From assembly GCA_963667725.2 (NCBI GenBank), contig CAXXHO010000003.1, positions 1,184,001-1,248,000 of the forward strand: DNA of 64,000 nt, in the 5' to 3' direction. Positions within the stretch are counted from its first letter, which is position 1. Each line of letters begins with the position of its first letter. Positions 1 through 10,002 of this stretch are shown piece by piece. A program made the position numbers and the translations under genes. Below the pieces are notes generated by a model that was not told where the DNA came from, did no database searches, and worked only from the letters and a program-made list of their open reading frames with translations. Source of the DNA: Treponemataceae bacterium (GTDB taxonomy: Bacteria > Spirochaetota > Spirochaetia > Treponematales > Rectinemataceae).

Positions 1-483
1 CAAGGTGCACCGGTCGCCGAACGAGGACACCGCCGATCCGGTGAGGACCGTCGCGGGGGCGCCCAGGGCGGCGAGCATGCTTCCGGCCATAGCCGTCGTC
101 GTCGTCTTGCCGTGGACGCCGGAAATGCCGCTTGAATCGCTCATCCTGGACAGGGCTCCCAGAGCCTGGGCAAAACTGAACATGGGCAGGTTCCTTCGCG
201 CGGCCTCGGCCATTTCAGGATTAGAAAGAGGATTGTAGGCATCGGAAAAAATGACAAGGTCCAGATCCGTTCCGATATGGGCGGCGTCGAACGATTCCTT
301 CACGTCCATATGGATGGATCGGAGTATCGCGTCGGTATAGAAGGTGTCCGGCACATCGCTGCCCGAAAGCGCGGCGCCCTTGGCGGCGAGTATTTCGGCG
401 AGGGCGGCCATGCCCGTTCCCTTGGCGCCTATGAAGTGTATGCGTTTCCCCGAAAGGTCATCTGGAAATAACTGTTCTGGCAT
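1..483 (-). CDS. murC: UDP-N-acetylmuramate--L-alanine ligase (runs off window start)
   Basis: Not in the ORF track. Translated by hand from ATG 483: MPEQLFPDDLSGKRIHFIGAKGTGMAALA...GSD...ISGVHGKTTTTAM, giving the MurC N-terminal Rossmann motif and the Mur-ligase P-loop. Confidence 0.93.
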   Translation of the reverse strand, partial: MPEQLFPDDLSGKRIHFIGAKGTGMAALAEILAAKGAALSGSDVPDTFYTDAILRSIHMDVKESFDAAHIGTDLDLVIFSDAYNPLSNPEMAEAARRNLPMFSFAQALGALSRMSDSSGISGVHGKTTTTAMAGSMLAALGAPATVLTGSAVSSFGDRCTL

Positions 484-545
484 AGCCTATTGTAGGAGAA
501 AACCTTCCGAATGGGCAAGCTGGCAAAGAGTATGGTCGTATGGTT

Positions 546-2498
546 TTAAAAATGAAGCGAAAGGGAGAAGGTGGCGCTGGAATCGGCGGACAGCTCAGTG
601 TCCCAGCCGAAAAGCATGCGTGTTCCCTGATAGAGGGCCTCGCCTTTTCCGGTGGAGGTATCGGAATTCATGTGTCCATCGTGCAGCCTGATGATCTGGG
701 GAGTCTCCAGTCTGTCCATCGCATGCTCCATGCGCATCTGGAAAGGCTTGTCCGATCTTATTTCGACCAGTTCCTTTCCCTGGAGCATCTGGAAGGTGAT
801 GGCTTCCGCGGCAAAGGAGGAAGCATGTTCGAGCGGAGGGATTTTTTCCTTCTCTCTTCCCGCCGAGGAGAAAATTTCCATATCTTCCCAGCTCGCCGCG
901 GGCTGGAGATTCACTTCCAAGGCATATCGCAGGGGAATTTGGTGCTGTGAGCGATTGACCAGTTCGATATCGACGCTGATGCAGTATTTCTGGAAAAAAT
1001 AAGCTTTCTTTATGGCCAGGGGATGGAGGGAGGATCCCGACTTGAGCGCGAACTCCTTGCTGAAAACCACCTTGCAGGGACTTTTCTCTCTTTCGAGCGT
1101 CGAGTAGGTCTGCAGGCCAAGGTTTATACGTTCGTCGTCATAGGAACCGATGCCGAAAATCCTGTCCACAAAACTGCTCAAGGATCGCAGGGGGTCGTCG
1201 TTATAGACGCAGCAGTAATTCTGCTTATTCCTGAACGAATCGATTTCGAATACGGACGCGCCTTTTTCGTGTATATAGCAGTTCATATCGGCGGCCTGGT
1301 AAAGCGTCTCCCTGTCTCCGTCGCAGTCGATGTCGTCCAGTATTATGCCCGGGCTGAAACTTCCGTGTATCCTCGTGGCTTTTTCCGCCTCGATAAGCGA
1401 TCGGTAGGCATTGATCCTCACTTCCGGTCTTCTTATTCCTCCCACGCCGCTTTCCCAGTACGCATCGCCGTTCTGCGCCTTCCATAAATCTTCCTGGGCG
1501 CTTTTCTTCCTTGCCTTGTCGCCCCGCAGCAGCGTCATGAGCGAATGGACATGATACATCTTGTCGTAGAGGTGCTTGCTCGAGGGATTCCGCAGGATGA
1601 GCTGCTTGGCCAGGTACGGCGCGCGGAGCCTACGAGATTCCGCGTCCGCGATTTTATCCTCGAACCCCACGCCCAGCCGCTTGGAGGCGCAGGATGAAAG
1701 ATAGAAGAGTCTGGCGTTTTTCAAGGTTCGCGCATAAGCCTGGGCCGAGACCGTTTCGACGAAAAGGCAGTTTTTTTGGAACCAGGCGAAGGACTTTTCG
1801 AACATGACATCGGGGGACTCGAGACCTGAGGCTTCCCACATCCCCGGCACGGACTGACCATCGACCATCATCGTGTAGAGGCGGCCTTCGGGATGCTCCA
1901 GCATGAGGCGCTCGAGCGCCGATTCGAAAGGTATGGGCGTGCCGAAGGTTTCTTCGAGATCGAATACGGGGAAAATATAGAGCAGTTTTCTTTGATCCTC
2001 GGTGACGAGGGGCGTAAACTGGCCCGATTCTATGAAACCAGCTTCGGAAAGAATTTTAGCGGGTAAAAAGGAATAGTTCAGGCCCGAATTGCGGAATATG
2101 ATCGGAAGCCCTGCATCCCAGGAGTACTCGTAAAGCCAACCGCCGGATGGGCGTTTGCCGAAGGTCTTCCGCAGATAGGTAGTCAGCATTTCTATCTGGC
2201 CGACTTTATCGGACGGCTGAAGGATGGGGAAGAGCGGACTGAAATATCCTCCGCCCAAGAGTTCAATCTGCTTCCGGTCGGCCATCTCTTCCAGAAGGAG
2301 TATAAATTCGGGATGGTTTTCCTCAATCCATTGCAGGACGACTCCCGAATAATAAAGAACGGCTGAAATATTCTGGAATTTATAGAGGCTCGAAAGAAAT
2401 GGTCGCCACGAACGCTGGTAGGTAAGTTCGAAGACTTTCCCCGAAGTGCCGTCCGGCATGGTGTTGTATGTCCCAAGAATGACTTTCGTGCCTTGCAT
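546..2498 (-). CDS. GH57 alpha-amylase/4-alpha-glucanotransferase-like protein (DUF1925/DUF1926 type)
   Basis: 650 aa with GH57-like segments: IELLGGGYFSPLFP, GGWLYEYSWD, WKAQNGDAYW, DIDCDGDRE. Confidence 0.8.
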   Translation of the reverse strand: MQGTKVILGTYNTMPDGTSGKVFELTYQRSWRPFLSSLYKFQNISAVLYYSGVVLQWIEENHPEFILLLEEMADRKQIELLGGGYFSPLFPILQPSDKVGQIEMLTTYLRKTFGKRPSGGWLYEYSWDAGLPIIFRNSGLNYSFLPAKILSEAGFIESGQFTPLVTEDQRKLLYIFPVFDLEETFGTPIPFESALERLMLEHPEGRLYTMMVDGQSVPGMWEASGLESPDVMFEKSFAWFQKNCLFVETVSAQAYARTLKNARLFYLSSCASKRLGVGFEDKIADAESRRLRAPYLAKQLILRNPSSKHLYDKMYHVHSLMTLLRGDKARKKSAQEDLWKAQNGDAYWESGVGGIRRPEVRINAYRSLIEAEKATRIHGSFSPGIILDDIDCDGDRETLYQAADMNCYIHEKGASVFEIDSFRNKQNYCCVYNDDPLRSLSSFVDRIFGIGSYDDERINLGLQTYSTLEREKSPCKVVFSKEFALKSGSSLHPLAIKKAYFFQKYCISVDIELVNRSQHQIPLRYALEVNLQPAASWEDMEIFSSAGREKEKIPPLEHASSFAAEAITFQMLQGKELVEIRSDKPFQMRMEHAMDRLETPQIIRLHDGHMNSDTSTGKGEALYQGTRMLFGWDTELSADSSATFSLSLHF

Positions 2499-2673
2499 GT
2501 ACCTTATACCTTACGCGTGATCAATCGATTCTATACTACATGGAATGCCCAGGAAAAGGGCATTCTCGATGATTGCCTCAATTAGCATGAATAGCCTCAT
2601 TCATGGCGTTGTCATACATAACTCTATATTTCAATATTTGTATGACAACGCATCATTGGCGGACAAGAATTAA

Positions 2674-3147
2674 TTACAGTCTGCAAAAAGCAAAAGCGAT
2701 GCAGAATCCGAGAACCGAACCGACCAAAACTTCAGGCCAGGTATGGCCATGGACTTCCTTGACGGAATCGTACTTGATGCCGAGGCGTAGAGACAGGTCG
2801 TTGCCAAGTTTGTTCAGAACCTTGGACTGCAGGCCGGCCGACCGGCGTACGCCGAGCGCGTCGCGTATAACGATGAGCGAAAGAAATAACGACACGATAA
2901 AGAGATCGGAGAATCCTTGGGTGAGGGCTACCGCCGCGCTGATGGAAATTGCCACGGCTGAATGGCTGGATGGCATGCCGCCCGTTCTCCAGAAGAAAAT
3001 GAGCATGGCTTCGCGAAGGGCTTCCCGGCGCGCTTTTACGAGCGATATGACAGCTTTTATGAACTGGGCGATGAGAAGGCTGAACAGAGCGGAGAGGAAG
3101 ATTGGGTTTGAAAAGAGTGTCTGAAGGTCAACGGCGTTGTTTCTCAT
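2674..3147 (-). CDS. Divergent PAP2 family membrane protein (DUF212)
   Basis: Motifs AQFIK, TGGMPSSHSA, IRDALGVRR, GHTWPEV. Confidence 0.9.
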   Translation of the reverse strand: MRNNAVDLQTLFSNPIFLSALFSLLIAQFIKAVISLVKARREALREAMLIFFWRTGGMPSSHSAVAISISAAVALTQGFSDLFIVSLFLSLIVIRDALGVRRSAGLQSKVLNKLGNDLSLRLGIKYDSVKEVHGHTWPEVLVGSVLGFCIAFAFCRL

Positions 3148-3214
3148 CGCTTCCGAAGTTTCACGTTCTGAAAGCTCTATGTCAAGCCTCGATGGTCTTT
3201 TGTCCCGAACTTCA

Positions 3215-3243
3215 TTGACCCGCGCTGAGCCGATCTATAGTAT
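3215..3243 (+). promoter_or_regulatory. Sigma70 promoter, probably leaderless
   Basis: TTGACC-17 bp-TAGTAT-6 nt-ATG(3250). Confidence 0.6.
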
Positions 3244-3249
3244 GAGCTC

Positions 3250-4260
3250 ATGGTTTCCGTATTCAAAATGCCCGTTGGACAAAACGATATCGGCAGGAGG
3301 CTCGATAAAATCTTAAGGATAGTCCTTAAGGATATGCCTATCTCCGCAATCCATAAAGCGCTGAGAAAAGGCGACATCCGCGTCGGCGGCGCGCGCCAGC
3401 CGCCCGAATACCGCTGCCGCGAGGGCGATATAATCGAATTCAGCCGTGTCATCCAAATTCCGGGCGGGGCGCCGGAAACAAGAGGCATCGAGCGTCTCTC
3501 GGGAAATCCTCCTGTCCTGCTGGAAACCGCCGATTTTCTTTTTTTGAATAAATCGATGGGCGTTCTCGTTCACGACGACGCTGGCAGCCTCGACGCTTTG
3601 GTCAGGTCTTACCTGGCGGGAAAACTGGGAGACTCCCTGGCCTTCACTCCCGGCCCTCTTCATCGCCTCGACAGGAATACTTCGGGCATCATCGCTTTTT
3701 CGCGGAGTATCGAAGGAGCCAGGGTCTTCTGCGAGGCACTCGGGAAAGGCTCCATCCATAAGACATATATCGCTATTCTGGAAGGCGAGTTAACATCGCG
3801 CACAACGTGGAAGGATAGAATTGAAAGGGATTTATCGCTGCGGAAAAGCTTCATACGCGGCGATTCAGAGCCCGAGGGCGCCGCCCTCCAATCTTCCGAA
3901 CTCAAGCCCTCAACAGCCGAGGAGCCGCGGGAAGCCATCACCGAAGCCTTTCCCCTTGGCTGTAGGAACGGGCTAACCCTCGCCGCCCTCAGGCTCGGTA
4001 CTGGCCGCACGCATCAGATCAGGGTACAGGCGGCCTTCCATGGCCACCCTCTCCTCGGGGATTCCAAATATGGAGGAAAGCGAAGCGAACAGCCTTATTA
4101 CCTCCATGCCTGGGAGCTGCGTTTCGAAAACAAGCCTTTCTCCGACGTTCCCCTGTCGCTTTCGGCTCCGCTGCCTATTTATTTCGTAAAAAAAATTGAA
4201 TCCTGTTTTTCTATGGATGAAAAAGAAGTATGTTCATCGCTGAGGCAATTCAGATTCTAG
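3250..4260 (+). CDS. RluA/RluC-family RNA pseudouridine synthase
   Basis: N-terminal S4-like domain (RRLDKIL), HRLDRNTSG catalytic motif, GTGRTHQIR, HPLLGDSKYG. Confidence 0.93.
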   Translation: MVSVFKMPVGQNDIGRRLDKILRIVLKDMPISAIHKALRKGDIRVGGARQPPEYRCREGDIIEFSRVIQIPGGAPETRGIERLSGNPPVLLETADFLFLNKSMGVLVHDDAGSLDALVRSYLAGKLGDSLAFTPGPLHRLDRNTSGIIAFSRSIEGARVFCEALGKGSIHKTYIAILEGELTSRTTWKDRIERDLSLRKSFIRGDSEPEGAALQSSELKPSTAEEPREAITEAFPLGCRNGLTLAALRLGTGRTHQIRVQAAFHGHPLLGDSKYGGKRSEQPYYLHAWELRFENKPFSDVPLSLSAPLPIYFVKKIESCFSMDEKEVCSSLRQFRF

Positions 4261-4272
4261 GAGGGGACAGAC

Positions 4273-5253
4273 ATGCCCGATCCGGTATTCAAGCCAAAAA
4301 TGCCCAAAATCAAGCTCAACGCTCCCGTAATCATCATCGCGGCCATAGCGGTCGCTTTGATCCTCTTCCTGTCGACAAGCTTCATCGTCGTCGATCAGAC
4401 AGAGAACGCGGTAATAATGACGTTCGGCAAATATTCCAAGACATTGGGCGCGGGACTTCACTACAAACTTCCGTTCGGCATACAAAAAGCTTATCTTGTG
4501 AAGACGAAGGTCGTGCAAACCGAGACCTTCGGTTTTAGAACCATAAAAAGCGGCGTCAACACGCAGTATTCCGACCAGAAATTCCCGAACGAATCAACCA
4601 TGCTGACGGGCGATCTCAATATCGTCGATGTGGAATGGATCATCCAGTATAGGATTACTGATCCGCGAGCATGGCTCTTCAATGTGTCGGATAAGCAAAA
4701 GACCATCAGGGACATATCCCAATCGGTCATCAACCGCCTCATCGGCGACCGCCTGATACTGGGCGTCATTGGACCTGACCGGCAGAGCATCCAGGACAAC
4801 GCGGTACAGATGATGAACGGAATCTTCAAAAAATATGATCTTGGAATAGAGATAACGCAGGTCCAGCTTCAGAACATCGTGCCTCCGAGCGGCGTGCAGG
4901 ACGCCTTCGAGGATGTCAACAAGTCCATACAGGACATGAATCGCCTCATCAACGAGGGCAAGGAAGCCTATAACGCAGAAATCCCGAAAGCCAAAGGCCA
5001 GGCCGACCAGATTCTCGAAATCGCCCAGGGCTACTCGACCGAACGCGTGAACATGGCAAAGGGCGACGTGGCGCGTTTCGTCTCGGTTCTGGACGAGTAC
5101 CGCAAATCCCCAGACGTTACAAGAAAGCGCCTGTATTACGAAATGATGAACGAAGTCTTCTCGGGCAGTACGGAGGTGGAGCTGATCGACAAATCTTTCA
5201 AGAATCTCGTTCCGCTCAAGATCCTCGATGCGCCCAAGGAGGCAGCCAAATGA
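4273..5253 (+). CDS. hflK: FtsH protease modulator HflK
   Basis: SPFH domain with MLTGDLNIVDVEW, one N-terminal TM helix, paired with hflC. Confidence 0.93.
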   Translation: MPDPVFKPKMPKIKLNAPVIIIAAIAVALILFLSTSFIVVDQTENAVIMTFGKYSKTLGAGLHYKLPFGIQKAYLVKTKVVQTETFGFRTIKSGVNTQYSDQKFPNESTMLTGDLNIVDVEWIIQYRITDPRAWLFNVSDKQKTIRDISQSVINRLIGDRLILGVIGPDRQSIQDNAVQMMNGIFKKYDLGIEITQVQLQNIVPPSGVQDAFEDVNKSIQDMNRLINEGKEAYNAEIPKAKGQADQILEIAQGYSTERVNMAKGDVARFVSVLDEYRKSPDVTRKRLYYEMMNEVFSGSTEVELIDKSFKNLVPLKILDAPKEAAK

Positions 5254-6230
5254 AAAAGACACTGATATTCGCGGCGGCGCTGGCTGTCATCGTCATTGGC
5301 GTAATAATTATCGGGCCTTTTTTCATCCTCAACGAAGGCGAGCAGGCAGTGGTCGTCCGTTTTGGCAAGATCGTCAAGACACATACTGACGCAGGCTTAA
5401 AACTTAGGAGTCCTTTCGTCGATAATGTCATGAAATTTCCGAAAAAACTCCTCTCCTGGGATGGCGAGAAACAGCGCATACCGACCAAGGAAAACCAGTT
5501 CATCTGGGTGGACACCACCGCCCGATGGCGAATCGTCGATCCGGTGAAGTTTTATGAATCGGTAAGCAGTCTCGAGAATGCCTATGGCAGACTGGATGAC
5601 GTCATCGACTCCGCAGTCCGTACCGTCATCTCGTCCAACTATCTCAGGGAAGCCGTGCGGAGCACCGACGAGCTCATGAATTCCAGCAACCTGGAGACTT
5701 TCCAGACCGGGGAATCGGTGGGATCCACCTCGCTGGAAGAACTCACCATTTCGGAAACTCAGTTTGAAAAGATAGAAAAAGGCCGCGAAATGCTGTCTGA
5801 TGAGATGATAAAGATCGTCGCGTCCATCGCCCCCGAGTATGGAATCGAGGTCCTGGATATCGTGCCCAGGCAGATAAAGTATTCGGAAGAACTGACCGAT
5901 AGCGTCTACCAGCGGATGATCAAGGAAAGAAGCCAGATAGCCCAGGCTTTCCGCTCCTACGGCGAGGGCAAGAAGGCTGAATGGCTTGGAAAGCTGGAAA
6001 ACGAGAAACGTTCCATACTTTCCTCCGCGTACGAGAAATCGGAAACCCTCAAGGGCAAGGCCGACGCCACGGCCACGAAAATATTCGCCGAATCCTATGG
6101 CAGGGATCCTTCATTCTTCGAGTTCTGGAAGGCCATGGAATCCTACAAGGCCACAGTCCCGGGCTTGAAGAAGACGCTTTCCACCGACATGGACTACTTC
6201 AAGTATCTGTATAGCCCCACGGGGCGCTGA
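5250..6230 (+). CDS. hflC: FtsH protease modulator HflC
   Basis: SPFH domain with YQRMIKER and DPSFFEFWKAMESY; ATGA overlap with hflK. Confidence 0.93.
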   Translation: MKKTLIFAAALAVIVIGVIIIGPFFILNEGEQAVVVRFGKIVKTHTDAGLKLRSPFVDNVMKFPKKLLSWDGEKQRIPTKENQFIWVDTTARWRIVDPVKFYESVSSLENAYGRLDDVIDSAVRTVISSNYLREAVRSTDELMNSSNLETFQTGESVGSTSLEELTISETQFEKIEKGREMLSDEMIKIVASIAPEYGIEVLDIVPRQIKYSEELTDSVYQRMIKERSQIAQAFRSYGEGKKAEWLGKLENEKRSILSSAYEKSETLKGKADATATKIFAESYGRDPSFFEFWKAMESYKATVPGLKKTLSTDMDYFKYLYSPTGR

Positions 6231-6281
6231 TTCGCCGGAACGCGGGAGAGTTAGCGGCTAAAGCCGCTTTGTTTTCCGATA

Positions 6282-6962
6282 TCATCTGAACAGGGAAGCC
6301 CTGACGAGTCTTTTTTCGTCAGGGCTTTCGTTTAGTTCCAGAATGGCGTGACTGCCGCAGCTGCAGGGACCGGGATTGATGACGAGGGTCCCGTCCTCGA
6401 GCGAGACGCAGCGGGACTCGTGTATATGACCACAGATCCACACATCGGGACCATATTCCACCATCGCTTTCGCGAATTCTTTGCTTCCCACATGCATTTC
6501 TCCATGCCTGTCGGCGTTCGTGCCATAGGGCGGCGTATGGGTAAGAACAATCACCGGCTTTTTTCGGTCTTCGGAGTAGAGAGGCGACAATTGGGCGGTC
6601 AGCGCTCCATTCAGCTCGCTCTCCGTCCGCTCGAAACTCGTGAGCCCAGCCCTCCGCAGGCCGCCCCCCACGCCCACAATCGAGGCGAAAGGCAAGTCTC
6701 GTTCATACCCTTCGGTTTCTAGGCCTTCAGCCTTGAAAAATGTCCTCACGGACAAAGGATCGCAGTTGCCGGCCACGAGAAATACGCGACGCCGCTTTCC
6801 ATCGGAAAAAAGCGCGTCTATTACCGCCCGCGCGCTTTTCACGTCGCCGAAATTGGTGATATCGCCGGCTATGAGCACGTAATCCAGATTCGGATGCTTG
6901 GCGATTATGGCGGCTGCCATATCCCCGCGGCCATGTATATCTGAAAGCAGGAGGATTTTCAT
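6282..6962 (-). CDS. Calcineurin-like metallophosphoesterase (Icc-related)
   Basis: SDIHG, AGDIT, GNCD, HTPP and CGHIHE metal-binding motifs. Alternative start GTG 6974. Confidence 0.9.
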   Translation of the reverse strand: MKILLLSDIHGRGDMAAAIIAKHPNLDYVLIAGDITNFGDVKSARAVIDALFSDGKRRRVFLVAGNCDPLSVRTFFKAEGLETEGYERDLPFASIVGVGGGLRRAGLTSFERTESELNGALTAQLSPLYSEDRKKPVIVLTHTPPYGTNADRHGEMHVGSKEFAKAMVEYGPDVWICGHIHESRCVSLEDGTLVINPGPCSCGSHAILELNESPDEKRLVRASLFR

Positions 6963-7112
6963 CACTGTTGCCACCTGTGGTATTTGTAGCTTCCGAAAAC
7001 GCTTCCGTCAATGATGAGGATGGATTCGCTCGAATGTCGGGTTCCGAAAAATGAGGGCAATTCCCTTCCCTACCCCTTGAAATTCATGGCGTTTGCGGGG
7101 AGTATTCCTATT

Positions 7113-8747
7113 GTGATATCAGTAACAGAACTAGCGCTCGGTTTCGGAGAACGAAACCTTTTCAAGGACGTCAATCTAAAATTCACCGCCGGGAACTGCT
7201 ATGGCATTATCGGCGCCAACGGATCGGGGAAAACTACCTTCCTTCGCATTCTTTCAGGTGAAATTCAGCACGACAAAGGCGAAATCTCGATTTCCTCCGG
7301 TTCGCGCATGGCTACCCTCAAGCAAGACCATTTCGCTTTCGATGAGTTCCGCGTCATCGATACCGTGATCATGGGATACGAGAAGCTTTACTCCATCGCG
7401 AGGGAACGCGACATCGTCTACGCCAAAGAAGACTTCACCGAGGCGGATGGCATACGCGCGAGCGAACTGGAGGCGGAGTTCGCCGAAATGGGGGGCTGGG
7501 AAGCCGAAGCTCAGGCGGCTGTCCTCCTCTCCGGACTGGGCGTTCCTGAAAACCTTCAAGACAAACTCATGAAGGAAGTGGATGAAACCTTCAAGGTCCG
7601 CGTACTTCTGGCTCAGGCATTGTTCGGCAACCCCGACATCCTGCTGCTCGACGAGCCGACCAACGGCCTGGACCTCGATTCCATAACCTGGCTCGAGGAG
7701 TTCCTCATCGAATCCCCGAACATCGTGATCGTCGTATCGCACGACAGGCACTTCCTCAACTCCGTCTGTACCCATGTCTGCGACATAGATTTCGGCCATA
7801 TCAGGATGTATTCGGGCAACTACGATTTCTGGTACAAGATGAACGCAATTCTCGTCCAGCAGCAGAAGGACCTGAAGCGCCGCCGCGAGGACAAGGTGAA
7901 GGACCTGAAGGAATTCATCCAGCGCTTTGCCTCCAACGCCTCCAAATCCAGGCAGGCGACATCGCGGAAGAAGATCCTCGAGAAGTTGGAACTCGCCGAT
8001 ATCGTGCCTTCGTCGCGCCGTTTCCCCTACGTGAGCTTCAAACCCAACCGCGACATTGGCAACAATGTCCTCAGGATAATCGGCGTATCCATAGAAGCCG
8101 ACGGGACGGAAGTCCTCAAAAACTTCTCCCTCAACGTCAACCGGACAGACAAGATAGCCTTTGTCGGCCACCAGCACATCGCAAAATCTACACTCTTCGC
8201 CGCTCTCGGTGGGGAACTGGAACTTTCGGCGGGAGATCTCTACTGGGGGCAGACTGTCGAAAAAGCCTATTTCCCCAAGGATGCCTCACCCCTCTTCGCA
8301 TCCGACATGAGCATCGTCGAGTGGCTCAAATCCGCCACTTCCTCGGCCGACGACACCTATATCAGATCCTTCCTCGGCAGAATGCTTTTTTCCGGCGACG
8401 ATGCGCTCAAGCCCGTCAAGGTGCTCTCGGGCGGCGAGCGTGTGCGCTGCATGCTCTCGCGCATGATGCTTTCGGGGGCCAATTTCCTCATCATGGACGA
8501 GCCGACCAACCACCTCGATCTCGAAGCCATTACCTCGCTGAACGACGGACTGATCGAATTCCCAGGCGTACTCTTTTTTGCGAGCCACGACCATGAATTC
8601 GTGACGTCCATCGCCAACCGCGTCATCGAGATATGTCCTGGCGGCATCATCGACCGATACATGAGTTTCGACGATTATCTGGGCGATGCCCAGGTGAAGC
8701 AGCTTCGCGATGAGTATTATCATGGTCATGTGGGAGCCGAGATATAG
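7113..8747 (+). CDS. ABC-F family ribosome-associated ATPase (YbiT/YkpA-like)
   Basis: Two ABC domains with no TM segments: GANGSGKT, LLDEPTN, LSGGE, MDEPTNHLD. Likely start GTG 7113 (ISVTELALGFG). Confidence 0.9.
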   Translation: MISVTELALGFGERNLFKDVNLKFTAGNCYGIIGANGSGKTTFLRILSGEIQHDKGEISISSGSRMATLKQDHFAFDEFRVIDTVIMGYEKLYSIARERDIVYAKEDFTEADGIRASELEAEFAEMGGWEAEAQAAVLLSGLGVPENLQDKLMKEVDETFKVRVLLAQALFGNPDILLLDEPTNGLDLDSITWLEEFLIESPNIVIVVSHDRHFLNSVCTHVCDIDFGHIRMYSGNYDFWYKMNAILVQQQKDLKRRREDKVKDLKEFIQRFASNASKSRQATSRKKILEKLELADIVPSSRRFPYVSFKPNRDIGNNVLRIIGVSIEADGTEVLKNFSLNVNRTDKIAFVGHQHIAKSTLFAALGGELELSAGDLYWGQTVEKAYFPKDASPLFASDMSIVEWLKSATSSADDTYIRSFLGRMLFSGDDALKPVKVLSGGERVRCMLSRMMLSGANFLIMDEPTNHLDLEAITSLNDGLIEFPGVLFFASHDHEFVTSIANRVIEICPGGIIDRYMSFDDYLGDAQVKQLRDEYYHGHVGAEI

Positions 8748-8826
8748 CCGCGGTGATGGTACGCCCAATGTTGCGCGCAGATTGCGGCGCCGTAAGGTAC
8801 CGCTTAAGCATAATGGAGGAAAACGT

Positions 8827-9906
8827 ATGAAACGAATCTTTGCGATGCTTCTCATCGCGGGCATGATTTTCGGCGCGGCCGCTTCCGTCGCCGCGCAGCC
8901 GACGAGTCGCCTTCTCACCGACGCGACCGGCATCGACGACAGGTCCTTCAATCAGGCGGCCTGGCGCGGCATCCTCGATTTCTACGGGGACAGCTGGAAC
9001 AAGACCACGAAACGCGGCAAATTCTACGATGTCCTGACCGCCCAGACCCAGGACATGTATATTCCCAACCTGATGCAGGCGTCCGACGAAAAGTATGACC
9101 TCATCATCGTCACGGGATTCACCTTCGCCGACGCGCTCACCGAAGTGGCGGGCAAGTACCCCAACCAGAAGTACCTCATCGTGGACGTGGACTGGATCGG
9201 CAAGCCGAACGTTATGGAAGCCACCTATTCCGAGCATGAAGGTTCCTACCTCGTCGGCGTGGCCGCGGCCCTCAAGGCCAAGAAAGACAAGATCGCCGCG
9301 CCGAAATTCGGATTCATCGGCGGCGTTCCCGGACCGGTCATCACCAAGTTCGAGATGGGCTGGGTGCAGGGCATCAAGTCCGTATATCCCAACGCCGAGC
9401 TCGTCGACTATTACGCCAACGATTGGGGTAAGCCCGAACTCGCCAAGGCCCAGGCCAAGAACTGGTATGACTCCGGCGTATACGCGATCTTCTCTGCCGC
9501 CGGCGGCACCGGAAACGGAACCATCGCCCAGGCCAAGGAATACCGTTCCCAGGGCAAGAATGTTTGGGCAATCGGCGTCGATTCCGACCAGTATGAGGAC
9601 GGCATCTACGCGACCGGCAAGTCGGCCGTGCTCACCTCGATGATCAAGCGAGTCGAAAACTCGACGAAGTACGCCCTCAACCAGGTCAAGAACAAGACCT
9701 TCAAGGGCCAGGTCGTCGTATTCGACACCAAGATCGACGGCGTAGGCTTCTCGGCCAGCAACGCCGAGCTCGGCGCCGATATCGTGAAGCAGGTCAACGC
9801 GGCCAAGGACAAGATCATAAAAGGCCAGATCAAGGTCGTTCCGACCTATGCAGCCGCCAAGGCCGCGGGCCTCGCGCCCGTGAACCTCCAGGCATCCGAC
9901 AACTAA
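8827..9906 (+). CDS. BMP-family nucleoside ABC transporter substrate-binding protein
   Basis: IDDRSFNQAAW, AAGGTGNG, AIGVDSDQ, VLTSMIK. RBS GGAGG before ATG 8827. Confidence 0.92.
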   Translation: MKRIFAMLLIAGMIFGAAASVAAQPTSRLLTDATGIDDRSFNQAAWRGILDFYGDSWNKTTKRGKFYDVLTAQTQDMYIPNLMQASDEKYDLIIVTGFTFADALTEVAGKYPNQKYLIVDVDWIGKPNVMEATYSEHEGSYLVGVAAALKAKKDKIAAPKFGFIGGVPGPVITKFEMGWVQGIKSVYPNAELVDYYANDWGKPELAKAQAKNWYDSGVYAIFSAAGGTGNGTIAQAKEYRSQGKNVWAIGVDSDQYEDGIYATGKSAVLTSMIKRVENSTKYALNQVKNKTFKGQVVVFDTKIDGVGFSASNAELGADIVKQVNAAKDKIIKGQIKVVPTYAAAKAAGLAPVNLQASDN

Positions 9907-10002
9907 TTCCGCTTTCGCTTTCTTGATCGCGGGGCCGTGTCGGGCTATGAATGCCGACGCGGCCCCGCTTTTCAACGCGGCCACCGATCAGGAGATTCCT
10001 GG

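Noticed and set aside
8748..8826. Purine riboswitch before the nucleoside ABC operon
   Set aside because: Only a CCGTAA-like loop is present; the TTTCTAC junction and P2 loop are absent.
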